Positions 39,501-54,500 of a stretch of DNA of 64,000 bases are shown here, piece after piece. The DNA is taken from NCBI GenBank assembly GCA_048128005.1, contig JBEUKZ010000100.1:124001-188000 (forward strand). The letters are read 5' to 3'. The position numbers and the translations under genes are program-made. The stretch comes from Veleropilina oligotropha. Taxonomy: Eukaryota. The notes under the pieces are model-generated. The model had not been told where the DNA came from. It saw only the letters and a list, made by a program, of their open reading frames with translations, and ran no database searches. Each line of letters opens with the position of its first letter. Position 1 is the stretch's first letter.

Positions 39501-42500
39501 ATGCAATCGTGACCCCGAGATAGCAGAGGTCCGTATCGCCAATACAGAGGTCCCTCTGGAGTCCCACATCAATATACTGGTCGATGCCATTTAAGGTTAG
39601 AGAGAGTCGCCCTCGAATTCCATCCACTAACACGGGAGATCCGTAGACGGAGATGTTACCGTGTTTCACCTCCAAGACGGTCGTGTCGTATATCCTAATG
39701 AAGTTGAGATCGCTGATGTAGATTATATCATCTGAAATAGGTAAAGTTGCAGAACAATTCCATAACTAGAGCTATCACAGGAGTGATCACATGCCTCCAC
39801 GAAAGCATTTGACCAAGGAACAGACTGTTGCATACACACATGAAGTTTCATGTCCCTCAGTCAAATAGTATGGGAGATATGGAGCGGAAGGGAATTTTAG
39901 ACTGAATGCGGTCAAGTGTGAAAAGTAGGTCACGGTGACCTACTTTCAGTACACAACATACCTTTCAGTTATGATGCATACACATATAAAGTTTCATGTC
40001 CCTCGGTCAAATAGTATGGGAGATATGGAGCGGAATGGAATTTTGGACCGAATGTGGTCAAGCGTGTAAAGTAGGTCGCGGTGGTTATGACGCATACACA
40101 AATCAAGTTTCGTGTCCCTCGGTCAAATAGTATGGAAGATATGGAATGGAAAGGAATTTTGGACCAAATGCGGTCAAGTCCGAAAAGTAGGTCGTAGTGA
40201 TCTACTTTTGATACGCGACACACCTTTGGGTTATGATGCATGCACACATCAAGGTCAAATAGTACGGGAGATATGAAGCGGAAGGGAATTTTGGATTAAG
40301 TGCAGTCAAGCATGAAAAGTAGGTCGTGGTGACCTAATTTCGGTACGCGACACACCTTTTGGTTGTGACGCATGTACACATCAAGTTTTGTGTCCCTCGG
40401 ACAAATAGTATGGGAGATATGGAGCGGAATGAAATTTTGCATTAAGTGCAGTCAAGCATGAAAAGTAGGTCGCGGTGACCTACTTTCGGTACGCGACACT
40501 CCTTTGGGTTATGACGCATGCACACATCAAGTTTAGTGTCCCTCGGTCAAATAATGTCCGAGATATGGAGCGGAGGGGAATTTGCAACAGACCAACAGAC
40601 AGACTCCTATATGCCCCCCTAAACTTCGTTTGTGGGGGCATAATTACGATTTAGCCCATTTCTTGATAATGCTAGTCATAATTTTACCACATACATGACT
40701 TTTATACTGCAACAGAGTATTAACGTTATATAAATCTTTAAATTTGTTTATTATTATTGATTATTGTATTCATGGTATGTATTATTGATATTTCACATTG
40801 CATATTCTTATGTACTATTATAGTTTGTACTGCGCTTAGAGCTACATTAGAATAGGTGCATTATAAATGCATTAAATAATAATAATAATATATTTAAACC
40901 ATTGTTATGACGTCCTTCTAGCGTCTTGACACAAAGTTTACCTAATCATATTGTTAGTTAAACCACATATGAACTACTTTCCAATACTAACTAGAACTGC
41001 TATCCAGAGGATAACTAATATATGTATTCATAACTGTCAATATACCTCACAAATGATACCTTACCTCGAAGCTCAGTCCAAGAAGTCATTGACATTTCTG
41101 TACGGCAACTTAAGTTTGGACGTTCCTTTTGCACAAATCCATTTTCGTAACATTGACCATCTATTGTGCAAATGTCAGTCTGAACAAAAAGAAAACGAAT
41201 TCCTATGCAATAAAATCCTCAAGACGTACGTCGTAGTGCTGAATATAAAGACTCAAGACGTAGTGCTGAATATAAAGACTCAAGATGTAGTGCTGAATCT
41301 AAAGACTCAAGACGTAGTGCTGAATATAAAGACTCAAGACGTAGTGCTGAATATAAAGACTTAGTATAATGATATCTATTGGAATATCCAGTGAACTCGC
41401 ACAAATGGAGTAAAGTGACATGCGTCGAACCCCACGCATGCAACCCAATCTGGGAAGCGTTCAATTTGATTAACATTCAGTTACACTATCTTTAGTTATC
41501 TAGATAATATGATAATTATATGAAATCTTAAAGATGTGATAATTAAATAGTTATTTGCTATACAAACTATCCAACTGATGTCTTCCATACTCACACGTGG
41601 CTGACACTCTGTTTTGTTGCAGACAACACATATGGAATCGTAGGTGATGTACTGGATGTACATGCTCAGAACAACGCCGTAGTTGCTGACGTACACGTTG
41701 TAAGAGCCAAACGTCGGTATCGGGCAAGCAATCATCTCACTGGTCACGAAAGTACCCGTCTCGTTCAACCAACCAAATCCACCAGTGAGTGACGCATCCA
41801 CTCGCTATTTAAATAAAACACACAGCATTGCCTTATTATAAAACGACATCATATTTTTGGAATTTAAATAATTTGTAATTATAGTAACTATGTATTTAAA
41901 TGCAAATTGTCATTTCATAATTTCTAGAACAGATGACCTGCTGATTATAAAATGCATTAAGCGCAGTTTGATACAAGGTTATATTACATCCATGCGATAA
42001 TATTTCCATCGCCATATCTATTTTGGGGGACCAATAATTAATCAGCATATCAGACAATATCTTGTAGCATCTGACACTGCCAGATAATTGGACGTGCCTC
42101 TTTGTGTTGTGTGTCATAGCTACTCACTTCAAAAATTTATATGGCGCAGATTGACAAATAAGAATGTTGGCACTTTCTTCAGTTAACAGTCACAACTGTC
42201 CATAACTGACCAACCAGGCTTACCTCCCCTGGCCAATACGGGTGGGCTACCAGGCTTACCTCCCCTGGCCAATATGGGTGGGCTACCAGGCTTACCTCCC
42301 CTGGCCAATACGGGTGGGCTACCAGGCTTACCTCCCCTGGCCAATATGGGTGGGCTACCAGGCTTACCTCCCCTGGCCAATATGGGTGGGCTACCAGGCT
42401 TACCTCCCCTGGCCAATACGGGCGGGCTACCAGGCTTACCTCCCCTGGCCAATACGGGCGGGCAACCAGGCTTACCTCCCCTGGCCAATACGGGCGGGCT

Positions 42501-45500
42501 ACCAGGCTTACCTCCCTCGATAATATGAGCATGGCCTGATATGAATATGAAGACTTAAAAGCAGGACATTGAGAATTAATCAAAATCAATACAAGGCAAT
42601 CTGAGATTGCAAACCTTCACCCTGGTGGCAAGGATATGATGGTGAAAGTTAAAGAACAAGTTTGTACGGCAAAGTGATCTAGCGCTAGATCCGATCATTT
42701 GTACACTTACATGAAGGATCTGATCATTTGTACACTTACATGAAGGATCTCTAAATGACAAGTCAGGCTTTCTTCTTCAATAAAGTTTTCGCCGAATATA
42801 AATATTTCTTTGCATTTGGAAACCCTGACGTCACACAAATTACCACCGTCTATCCGTACAATGAGTGGTGGCTCATTGATGTCGATCGAACAATCTGCTC
42901 CGACCCAACCTTCCAGACACTCGCAGATTCCTATAATCAAACAGTCAATTTCAAATACATGTAACAACACAAATAGAGAGCGCCTCAGCCAAATATCATG
43001 GACGATCGGTGGAAGCCTACAGCTACAGGCCCAGCCAAATAGCATGGACGATCGGTGCAAGCCTACAGCTACAGGCCCAGCCAAAGCGCTTGGGCGATCG
43101 GTGGAAGTCTACAGCTACAGGCCCATGCCAGCCAAACCGCATGGACGATCGGTGGAAGTCTACAGCTACAGGCCCAGCCAGGGCGCATGGGCGATCGGTG
43201 AAAGCCTACAGCTACAGGCATATAAATCAAAGCAATCAGTTATCATATGTAGTGCGGAGACTATAGACCCCTATTTTTGATATTTACTAACTGAGATGAT
43301 TAGCGTTGATGCTATTCTGTTGTTGATCGGTAAATTGTTTTGATATTGCCATGTAAATATGCTACGATGTTCATATTGAAAAGATTCGCGTCGCAAACGA
43401 ATTGACTAATGAATGGCCGCGGGGAGGGAACTCTTGCAGGTAATTCATTGCGAACTTCGCGCAATTCTGGGGAAAAGCCGTAGTATGGTCACCGAGTGTG
43501 ACGACCGCAATATTGCGCGTTCCCTTCGAAATTAAATGAGTAACCTGTTGAGATTTGTGAACATATATAAATTAATGCCAGATTAACTATTATTTGTTCT
43601 AGTATTAATATATATAACTGTATTTTCATGATGTCTTTAATTCAATGATATTTTTATTGGATTGACGAAGCGAGGTGGTCACTGGTGCACTTCAATGCAG
43701 CCCAAGTGAATATGGGTAAAGCTATTCATGTTATTTGTTTAAATGTTGCATAGCTATAAAACCTCTGCACCTTGTCATTAATTATATTAATAATATCGAT
43801 TATTAATATCTAAATGTATTTTGCCAATTTACTCGTATATGTTGTAGAACTTGATATTTGTTCAGAAGTTGTATGTATATTATAAGTTGTCGAGCGACGT
43901 CGCGGTAGTATACGGTACGTTGCACATGTACGGTTCAACGTCAATAGGTGTACAACATACCGTATACTACTAAGACGAAGATTCGCCCACGAATTTATCT
44001 TGCTTTTAATTTGAATTATAATTTTCCTATCTATTAACTAGCGAATCCTCGACCCAGCAAGTCGAGGGGATGTATCCCCTCCCACGGTAGCAGAAATCAA
44101 TGGGCACCATGTCCTCATCATGCCAAACATGTATACCAAATTGGATTCAAATCGGATTAGAACTATTCACTGTAGATCGCGCACAAGAAATATCTTGGAA
44201 TAAAGTGCAGGGTCCGATTTACCGGGTATCGCATCGCAAAAAGCGATGCATTAATCGCCATTAGCGATGCAATTGAAAATTGCGTAGCAGTGATTTGCGA
44301 TGCATTACTTCCATATTCATAGTATACATTATGTGATTGTGAATCGAATTTAAGTATGAAATAACCATATATTATAATACTGTAATTGAATTTAGAATAA
44401 TACTTATCCGTTTATTTATAAAGTATCGTTTATAGAAAATGACAAAACTGCGGTAACAAAAATTTATTGTACATTATGTAGAAAATATGAAACAAATATA
44501 CGTGCATTACGGAATTTTAGTACTTCGTTTGTATACTCATATTTTTAGGAAAATCCCCATAAAATTACAATAAGTTTTGATGGTTATCCTATATCAAGTA
44601 AACACTTTTGGCAGTGAAAATTATAACATCTGATACAGTGATATAAACTGCTACACAAAACATCCAAGTTGCTACACAAAATTTATTTGTATAGCAGTTA
44701 TACAAAAATTACTTGGTAAATCGCTCCCTGAAGTGGCCGCCGGGACGGCCATCTTGGATCCGAAAACAAAAGGAAATCGTTAGGTGGCATGTCCTCATCA
44801 TAACTAACATGCATATCAAATTTGAATCAAATAGGAAAATAACTTTTCACTGTAGAGCACGCACAAAAAATCTCTTCCAATAAAATGGCCGCTACGGCCG
44901 TTATCTTGGATCTGATAATGACGAAATTCGTTACGTGGCATTTCCTCATCATAACTAACATGCATACGAAATTTGAATCAAATCGTATAATAACTTTTCA
45001 CTGTAGAGCACGCACAAGAAATCTAATCAACCAAAATGGCTGCCTTGGCAGCCATCTTGGATCCGAAAACGACTAAAATATTTAGGCGGCATGTTCTCAT
45101 CACGACTAAAGTGCATACCAAATATGAATCAAATCGGATAATAACTTTTCACTGTAGAGCGGGCACATGAAATCTCGTCCAATAAAATGACAACCACGGC
45201 GGCCATCTTGGATTAAAAAACGACGAAAATCTTTAGGCGGCATGTACTCATTATAACGAACGCGCATACCAAATATGAATCAAATCGGATAATAACTTTT
45301 CACTGTAGAGCACACAAGAAATTTCTTCAAATAAAATGGCCGCCATCTTGGATCCAACAAGGTTTGTTGATAATGACTAAACATACATCAACGGAGAACA
45401 TGCGATCGGCTGCAGGCGCACACTGCTTGTAGTATACATTTTAAATAATTATTAAGAGATAGCTCTGCTTTCCTTAATGAACTCATGCTCGGAATGCGTG

Positions 45501-48500
45501 TCATTGCGACATGAAACCAGTGACGAGCTCAGTTCCAAATAAAATTTTCACAATTATGGTTGACAAAAACGGACACATATACTAGTACATAATGATTGAA
45601 TATGATAAATATTGCACTATGAAGATGAATTTTTGAAGACTTCATGCAAACTGTGTCAGATATTCTTCCCAAATACAGGTGACCGTCTTCATTACATACA
45701 GCGTCAATTCAGTAACATTCAAAGTTGATTGGTGCAATTTATGACCGAAACGTTGTAAACCGGATCGTCAGATTCAACTGTCCATCATTGATATTCATTG
45801 CGATGTCGGTTATTGTGTGTTCTACCGTGCAAAGCTTATGTCTACCTATAGTCTCCTTGGAAACAGCATTCAGAGCAAACAAAAAAGGAAAGCACATGAA
45901 CGATCGATGACACAATATACAATTCAATTCAGTTTTTCAATATATACATATGCAGTGCACTATTTATATTTAGAAGCTCAAAAACGACGAAAATCGTTAG
46001 GTGGCGTGTCCTCATCATAACTGACATGCATACCAAATTTGAATCAAATCGGATTAAACCTTTCACTGTAGAGCGCACACAAGAAATTTCTGCGGCGGCG
46101 GCGGCAGAACGATGACTAAACCATACTATCCCCGAAATGTTAAATTTCGGGGATACAATTAACCTAACATTGTTGTTTGTCACATTTTACGAGCACAACT
46201 ATTTGCCTATGTTTACATCTAACGAAACTGACAACGTTATTAGAGTTTACGGAATGAGCCGAGCCTTCCCGATCTCCATGGAGACGGGTAATAAGTTATT
46301 TGTACTACTCCCAGGGATGATTCCACAGAAAAATAATTGGGGCTGCCAGCCCTGTGATTGGGAATTTTTATACGTAACAACATCAAATTGGGAATTTCAC
46401 GACGTATTGTTCTTTAGATAATCCATGAATAGATTTAAGATTTATGTCAAACCTGGACATGTCTATATATATTACTGTGGGAGGAAAGCCCGGATTTAAC
46501 CGGTGGAACCCACATTCATAATACAATATTATAACATTTCTAAGTTACAGACATAAAATTATATCTGATTTTATTATTCTATGCTAAATTGTTACTCTGT
46601 GAAGTATTTTCATAAATGTACGTCAATCCGGTGTATCTAACTGATCGGACATGTAACCAGATAATGATTTTATTCAAAATTAAATTATTTACTGCAAAGG
46701 CAAAAAAAAAGTTTTGTTTCTGGTTTCATGGTCAACTGAGAAATGATGCGGCCATCCAGGGTTTTTTTTTATCTGGGACATATTTTATTTCAGCATGGCA
46801 TACTTCCAAAGAGCAAAAATAGAAACTGCGCCAAAATGACGTCTTAGGAATTAATAACTAGTATTCTTTAGTAATGCGATGGATAAAAGTTGCTATATTA
46901 TGCACATCTTGCAAATATTGTTTCATGAAAGTTCAACACGACCTATAAATACTCGTGGGAATGCATATATACCAATTTTGGTGAAATTTAATCCAGTAGT
47001 TTTCAAATAAATCGAGGGTATATATATTATATATATATATGTGTGTGTGCATGCAGCACACATGCCTTGTATACATACATATACAGTCAATTCAGTGTTC
47101 ACTATTATATTTCTTGTAAATATTAAATATTTTCATGATCATGCATTATTATTATTTATATTGCTTAATTTGTTGTTTTCTCTTTCTGTGCCCTTTCATT
47201 TTTATTTTCCCTCCAATAAATAATCCATTTCATAAACTTTGACCTTTCTTATTGCTGTCAGTGCCCAGGACTGTGTTTTGCGACATGCATGCAAATTAGG
47301 GATCATGCTTGTGACGTGTTTCCTCGGATCTGTTGATCAACTCTTGCCTTTGATCTCGGGAGCAAATTTGGCTGTTCCGTCTATTAACGTTACTGGAACA
47401 GCCGAGAGGGAGGGTAACCCAGACATGGCTATCCACCATTAGTAGGGACTGTTTTGTCTGCGCGAATTGCCACGAATTTATAACATTTTCATTGAGTAAA
47501 GACTGCATAATATTAACAGCATGAAGGCATTATTATGTAACTTTATCCATGGTATTTCAATAGAATGTCTATCTACATGCAATATATTCCGTTTTGTCAA
47601 AGAACGTTTTTGCCCAGACAGTTGGCGCGCGATCACGCTTATAACGAAACCCTGATAAGGTCTTGTCCTTTTTTACAAAAAATAAAAAATATTGACGCGC
47701 ATGGGTTGGAACTGACGCGCGCGAAAACCAGAAACAGAATACATTTTTGTATGGCCTAATCATTAACTAATAGTACGATACGTCGACTCATAAGGCATCA
47801 AATCTTACCTACTACTTAAATTTTCCTATAAAGCAAAACAAATTAAAAAAACACACGTGGTATCTGGAATTTCCGACTACTTTCACTTTGTAAATGTCAC
47901 TTTTTCAGTAAGAAATAATGCGGGGCACCTAAACATTGGAAACGAAGCAATTAAGTACTATATCAAAATAATGATTATATTGAAAAATTGAAAACAAAAT
48001 CGTCTGCGACCAATTTTGCTTGCGCCAGAAGCGGCGACCGTTGACGGAAAATCCCGAAAATGAAAGCGTAAAATTTAGTTTTCGAACAAGGGGCTGACAT
48101 CGCCATGAAGTCCCGTACAGATAAAGTATCGTTTATTTTTGTTTCGCAAACGATGTTGCTAACCGTAGTAACGTCGTACTTTATAAAACGGTTGCAATCG
48201 ATGTTTAATCCAGCAGGGGTAGGCCTACCACATATTGCATAAAAATATACTAATTTCCAATATGGCGAAAACGATAATTGTTATAAATTGATCTGAAGTG
48301 ATTGTAAATTGGGAAAAAATATATGTCCAACAATGGGGCCGCCAGGAATCATCCCTGTACTTCTGTTTGAAAATGACGTCGAACAAGAAGGGTATAAGAG
48401 TATTTACGTAACTAACGTCATCCAATCAGAACGGCAAGATAATATATATTGTATTGTTATTGTCGAGTGATGATTCACGCAGATTTCTTAATGATCAGAC

Positions 48501-51500
48501 ACATTGCTATACAATAGTATGGTAGTTGTCTTTGAGGGGGCATCAACAATTCATGTTGAAATCGATTGCTATTAGTAGTTGTGTAGTGGGGGGGGCATCT
48601 CAAGATGAAAGATGCATCAACGATTCATGATGAAATGATCGTTTAACTGTTTAGCGTTGGTGGTCTGGTATTTGTATACAGATCTATCGATGATAAGCTG
48701 GAATACAATTTGCATTGGTCATATTGTTGACATCAGGGATTATACTTGCTGTAATACTGTTAGGTATGGATTGATTAGTGGTATTGGTAGATCAATTACC
48801 AGCAAGAACATTTGAAGTTAGGTAGGATGTGAGCCTGTTGTTTATTTTATGTTACAATAAAATTGTATGACATACCCCTAGACAGATTTGTAACATTTTG
48901 ATTACGGGTACGAGTTATGATAATCAGATTGAGCAAACGAGCACTTATATGTTATTTACCCCTAGACAGATTACCCCTACCCCTATACCAGTCCTAGTGT
49001 AAATATGTTTTGTTTGATGCATATTGCGCGTTCACTTCAAAATTAAATGAGTAACCTGTTGAAATGTGTTCTCTCTCTGTTTAGACCCAACGCCACACCA
49101 CTCAGCATAGAGTAGAGCCAACGCCACTCTACCCAGCCAACGCCACTCTACCCAGCCAATGCCACTCTACCCAGCCAATGCCACTCTACCCAGCCAATGC
49201 CACTCTACCCAGCCAATGCCACTCTACCCAACCAATGCCACTCTACCCAGCCAACGCCACTCTACCCAGCCAATGCCACTCTACCCAGCCAATGCCACTC
49301 TACCCAGCCAATGCCACTCTACCCAGCCAATGCCACTCTACCCAGCCAATGCCACTCTACCCAGCCAACGCCACTCTACCCAGCCAATGCCACTCTACCC
49401 AGCCAATGCCACTCTACCCATCCAACGCCACTCTACCCAGCCAACGCCACTCTACCCAGCCAATGCCACTCTACCCAGCCAATGCCACTCTACCCAGCCA
49501 ACGCCACTCTACCCAGCCAACGCCACTCTACCCAGCCAATGCCACTCTACCCAGCCAATGCCACTCTACCCAGCCAACGCCACTCTACCCAGCCAACGCC
49601 ACTCTACCCAGCCAACGCCACTCTACCCAGCCAACGCCACTCTACCCAGCCAACGCCACTCTACCCAGCCAATGCCACTCTACCCAGCCAACGCCACTCT
49701 TCCCAGCCAATGCCACTCTACCCAGCCAACGCCACTCTACCCAGCCAACGCCACTCTACCCAGCCAACATATACATGTTCAAATCTTAGATCGTGAAAGT
49801 ATGTCTCTATTTAAAATTCATAAATTATATTATAATTAACTAATATCAATATTTAATACAGAACCATTCGGTCAGAGAAATCCTCCAGCCTATAACTCGA
49901 GGGGTATATCCTCTCCCAAGGTCGTCTTTTGAATGCAAAAAATGATCAAAATCCTAAGACATGTCGATTGTACATAATTCAAGGAACATAACTCTGGTTC
50001 TGCTGGTCCGATCTCGCTGGTTATGGAACTTGTCCTACATCTTATTGTTGGAAACTCCGTACCAAGTTTGGTGAAGAATGGATGAAAACTGCTTGAATTG
50101 TCATGTGAACATATCAATTTCACATAATTCAAGGGTCACAACGTTGGTGTTGTACCTGTATGGTCGGACCAATAATAAATCGGAGACATCATCATAATGA
50201 ATACGCATATTAAATTTTAAGGTAATTGGATTAAATCTGTTGATTGGAGAGCACTTCCACAAGAAACCTCTGCGGCGTCAAAACAGAGACAAAAGTATTA
50301 TAAGTATTCCCGACTATTGTCCGGGCATACAATGCAATAAGATCCTTCCCTTGCATTAATAAAGAAGGAATACCTTCCACACAAGTTCCGTTGTTCTGGC
50401 ATATGCTGGAACAGAGGATTCCTGTGAACTCTGGGTTGGGTTGATACGTGTCAGTGCCGACTATCAGGATCCACAACTCGATGTTGAACCGAAGTTCCAT
50501 GGCGCATTGTTCCTTGATACTGATAAAGGCTTCCTCCGCCCAATCTATATCATCGGTGATCTGTCGAGACAATCATTTTTCAATAATGCATTCATTTACA
50601 GCAATGAGAAAGTAAAAGTAAAATATTGTTACTATAACATATACAAAGCGATATATTACATAATATGAAAATCTCAATATATATCATAAGGTTTCTTCAA
50701 TAAGAAAAAGGTTACAGTTGCAATAGTACTGACTTTATTGTGTTTAAGTTTTTATTCTTTATTTACCCAAAACACAGATATTTGTAACATAATATCATAA
50801 ATATACGAGAACACACAATTAATGGAGAATATATACATATACAAGTAAATAAATATAATATTACAATTACAATCTTTGGAAGGAAACTTAATCATGAATA
50901 TAAGAAAACCTGGAGGGCTTGTTTGGTTGTTCAATACAAATACCTGTAAATCCGCTACGCAGCCGTCTACTGTCCCGAGGAGGTCAATATCGGGAAGTTC
51001 CATGCATTTCAAGCCAATTTCTCGCAGCTCAATAAATATTCTACAGATCTTTTCTGCTTCAGTCCTAATAAGGCCACTGTCAGTTGGCCAGGAAAGTGCC
51101 TGAATAAAATGAATTAGCAAACAGTTGTTAATATGTTATATCTTCAAGTCGTTATAAAGCAATATAAACAGTATCAACTCAAGGGAAGAATTTGGTTTGC
51201 ACATGGAAATAATCAAAATAAAAAATGTTACAAACCATGTCTCAACTTTCCAGACCGGTTTTCCGGTCTGACCAAGAGCATCATTAACCCGACGGACCAA
51301 AAACTGGTCTGCACATGGTGTTGTTTATAAGCGTTGTCCATAGCAACACAGGGCATGACCAATCAGATTCATTTTAACAACTGTATGTTTGGCTAGGATC
51401 ATTGCCGAAAGTATATTGCCTAAACTTCAGAAATATTACTGGAGTCTTTGGTTGATTTATCTACATTGTCCCTTATGTCGCATTGTATATATGCTAAATT

Positions 51501-54500
51501 CAATAAAGATATTGAGGATATGAATGTGACAGTGACTACAGTAATTGTGAGGACTTTGAAACAGAGTCAGGGATTCAGCTCGCGATATTGTGCCAGATGA
51601 TGGTGACAGTGTATATGACAACACATTATTAAACAGTTTAATATTATTACAATTTTGACCCACGGGTCACATTTCCACAGTAGAATTATGACCCACGAGT
51701 CGTAATTCTTTATTTATACCATTAATAAGAAGGAACGCTAATGTAGTTAATAGATATATGTATTGCAACAGAGCATATGTATACAAGTACAAGCACATCA
51801 TCATGAATACCAATAAACTAATAAAGCATACAAAACAATCATATACTACAAATAACAATTAATATGAAAACAACAATATATAATATCATACTTATCATGT
51901 GGCTTGACGACTGACTCAGCTGTTCATAATTAAATTTGAATAAACGAAAGTTTACGTTATCCCCAACAGAGTATTACTACATGCATCCAGAGTTGGAAGT
52001 CTCCCCGTGGTCAGGAGTTCCCCCGATACTCGGCAGTGTATCGTCATCAGCGTAACTGAACAAACTCTTGATGAATGCAAGATTGCATGTAAATCTAAGA
52101 ATTTGGATCATCCACGTGCCGACGTGAAAGATCCCCGGTATGTGTACCGCCAACAACGATGGTTGTTAAAACTCCACGATCTACATGAATCTCCAGTACG
52201 GTTATAAGTCGGAATATCCGTGAATAGAAGTGCCCCGGAACTGAAAATGTGTACAACTACGATGGTAGTCAAACTGCGAAATATGCGTATATATATGATA
52301 ATACTTGGGGATATATGAAAATGAATAATAATAAACATTATTATGATTGTAAATTATAGTCCAAATCTCAGATGTTCTTTGAAACTAGCACGATCGAGAG
52401 GAACAGCTGAGAGTCCCCAAGTAGATAAGTATAAGTACATACAAAGAATATTGCTTGAATAGCATCTGTCACGATGTAATAACGTGATCAACAAATTCCT
52501 GAATAAAGGCAATGTCATGGTAACACAATATTATATACAGAACCAATACGTGATGGTGGCAAATAAATGTAACTCGTCGATCTACACAACATGTTGTCAG
52601 ACTGTTATTACCTGTACATAGTTTAATTAAATACTGTAATACATGATATTTTTGCGTCATGAAATTATTGCGATTTGTGAATGTCAAAAATATTGCGACA
52701 TGATATTATTGCGTTTTCATCCCTGTAAGTTGGTACACATTTATTGTCTATTATTTTTGTAATGTTCCTATGCAATTTACGGTCCACTGATTTTTATACT
52801 AACAACCTAATAGTCGGGTACTTCTGAGAACATTGTTTATCCAAAAACGGTCCTTTGACTAACAGCGCTCAATTCCTGACGGGGCAAGTCACCAGTGATC
52901 AAAGGTAGTCGGGTACTTCTGATAAAATTGTTTATTCATTAACGGTCTTTTGATTAACAACGCTAAACCTTATGATGGGGTAAGTCACCAGTGATCAAAG
53001 GTTGGATTAAGTAAACAGTTCACAAGTATGAATGCCGATGCCAGTAATTTGAGCACATAAGCTGTTGAGTAGTAATGTATAAAACAATCAGCCTTTTCAC
53101 ATTGTGTGATAAGCCTAGTAATCCTGACAAAAGACTGCGTAATCAATAGTAGCAATTGTTACATTATCACAAGACTTTCTGATACAGCCAATGGATGTAA
53201 GCGTGAATGGTGATTTCAAAGTCGCAATGAAAAACGAGTTTACAAACTGGTACGCGGATTGTGTCTCGATTAACATCAACGCACATGTAGACTTGAAACT
53301 GTCAACATTAAAACCTCTGCATGCAAAATGGATCGTCAGTGTGTTCGACACTTTGAAGCTTAAACGCGACATCATTCTGAGTGGTTGGAGAAAGGCTGGG
53401 ATTTTGGACTGTTTTGATTAAAGCAGGTGCACGTAAATAAGCTGGAATCAATATGGACTATTTTTAAGTTAACAGTTATATCTATACATCGCATTTGGTC
53501 TACGTATTGTATATAAAGAATTTATTTTATAGTTTTCAATTGTTTTGTTTTATTCCCTTGTGCAATATGACTTATTGTCTGGCTACTAGACGTGTGCTGG
53601 CTAGCTAATTCATATACTAGTATGTTGCAAATATCTTCTACAAATTACTTAGGACTAGAAAAATATTGCGACATGTTATTATTGCGATCACGGGTCACTC
53701 GCAATATTCGCAATAATATCATGTACGCAAAAATATCATGTATTACAGTAATTGACAAACTGTTTATTTTCATGCGTTTTTAATTCAATTTTTAATTGTT
53801 CAATGTTTATTGGTGTCAGGATAGGAGAGGGGTTAGGCTCTTGATGGGCTAGTCAGTTCTTTGACTTTTTGAAATTTATACTTTGATGATGGTTCTTTAC
53901 TGATGTTGCATTTATCAACTGCATGGCTTGTTGATTTACACTTGCTGCACACATGTGCCCTCATGCATTGCGATCTATTACAGCCTCGTTGTGCATTAAA
54001 ATTGTTGCAAATCTCAACGCCGTTATGAAATGCTCTTGCGACCATGTGCATCAACATCAGAATTAAAACTGCTATTGTTGTTTGCGTAGTTCGACTCAGT
54101 ACGTGCATGAGATGACAGATGGGGGGTGGATGGCTCCGAAGATGTGTTGAGGGGGCAGTAGGGGGTGGCATGGGACACTTCAGCACAGAAGCTACAGTAT
54201 TGCGAACGAGATCCTCCAGTAATTAACTGTAGCAGATCTCTGTCTCGAATGGACCAATCCATCTTCATGCCATGTAGTTGTAAAGCATTTGCACTTTTTA
54301 GGGAGAACATCTTGTGGTACTCATAAAATTTATTGCCATATGCATTGTATATCGCAACCACATTTGCCTCATATGTGTCCAATTCTTCTCGTCTATCAGG
54401 GTATGCCTGGCACATCGTACGCTTATATCGACCAAAGGCAGTGATAAACTCCCCTAAGGTTAATGCTCGCTTCATTCTGACATCATCTTTTGATTTGTCT

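Noticed and set aside
42179..42589. Collagen-like or Gly/Pro repeat ORFs
   Set aside because: 36-bp minisatellite; the flanking exons join in phase without it
49159..49839. Pro/Thr/Ser-rich mucin-like ORFs
   Set aside because: 19-bp minisatellite open in all three frames, on the strand opposite the gene
52020..52065. Hammerhead ribozyme (CTGATGA plus stem on the minus strand)
   Set aside because: The stem is followed by GGGGAAC instead of the required GAAA, and no stem I/III with a UH site is evident
52108..52240. Additional exon of the VWDE-like gene
   Set aside because: All three frames after the acceptor hit stops; exons 56156 and 51099 already join in phase 0; lies within the DIRS-like remnant
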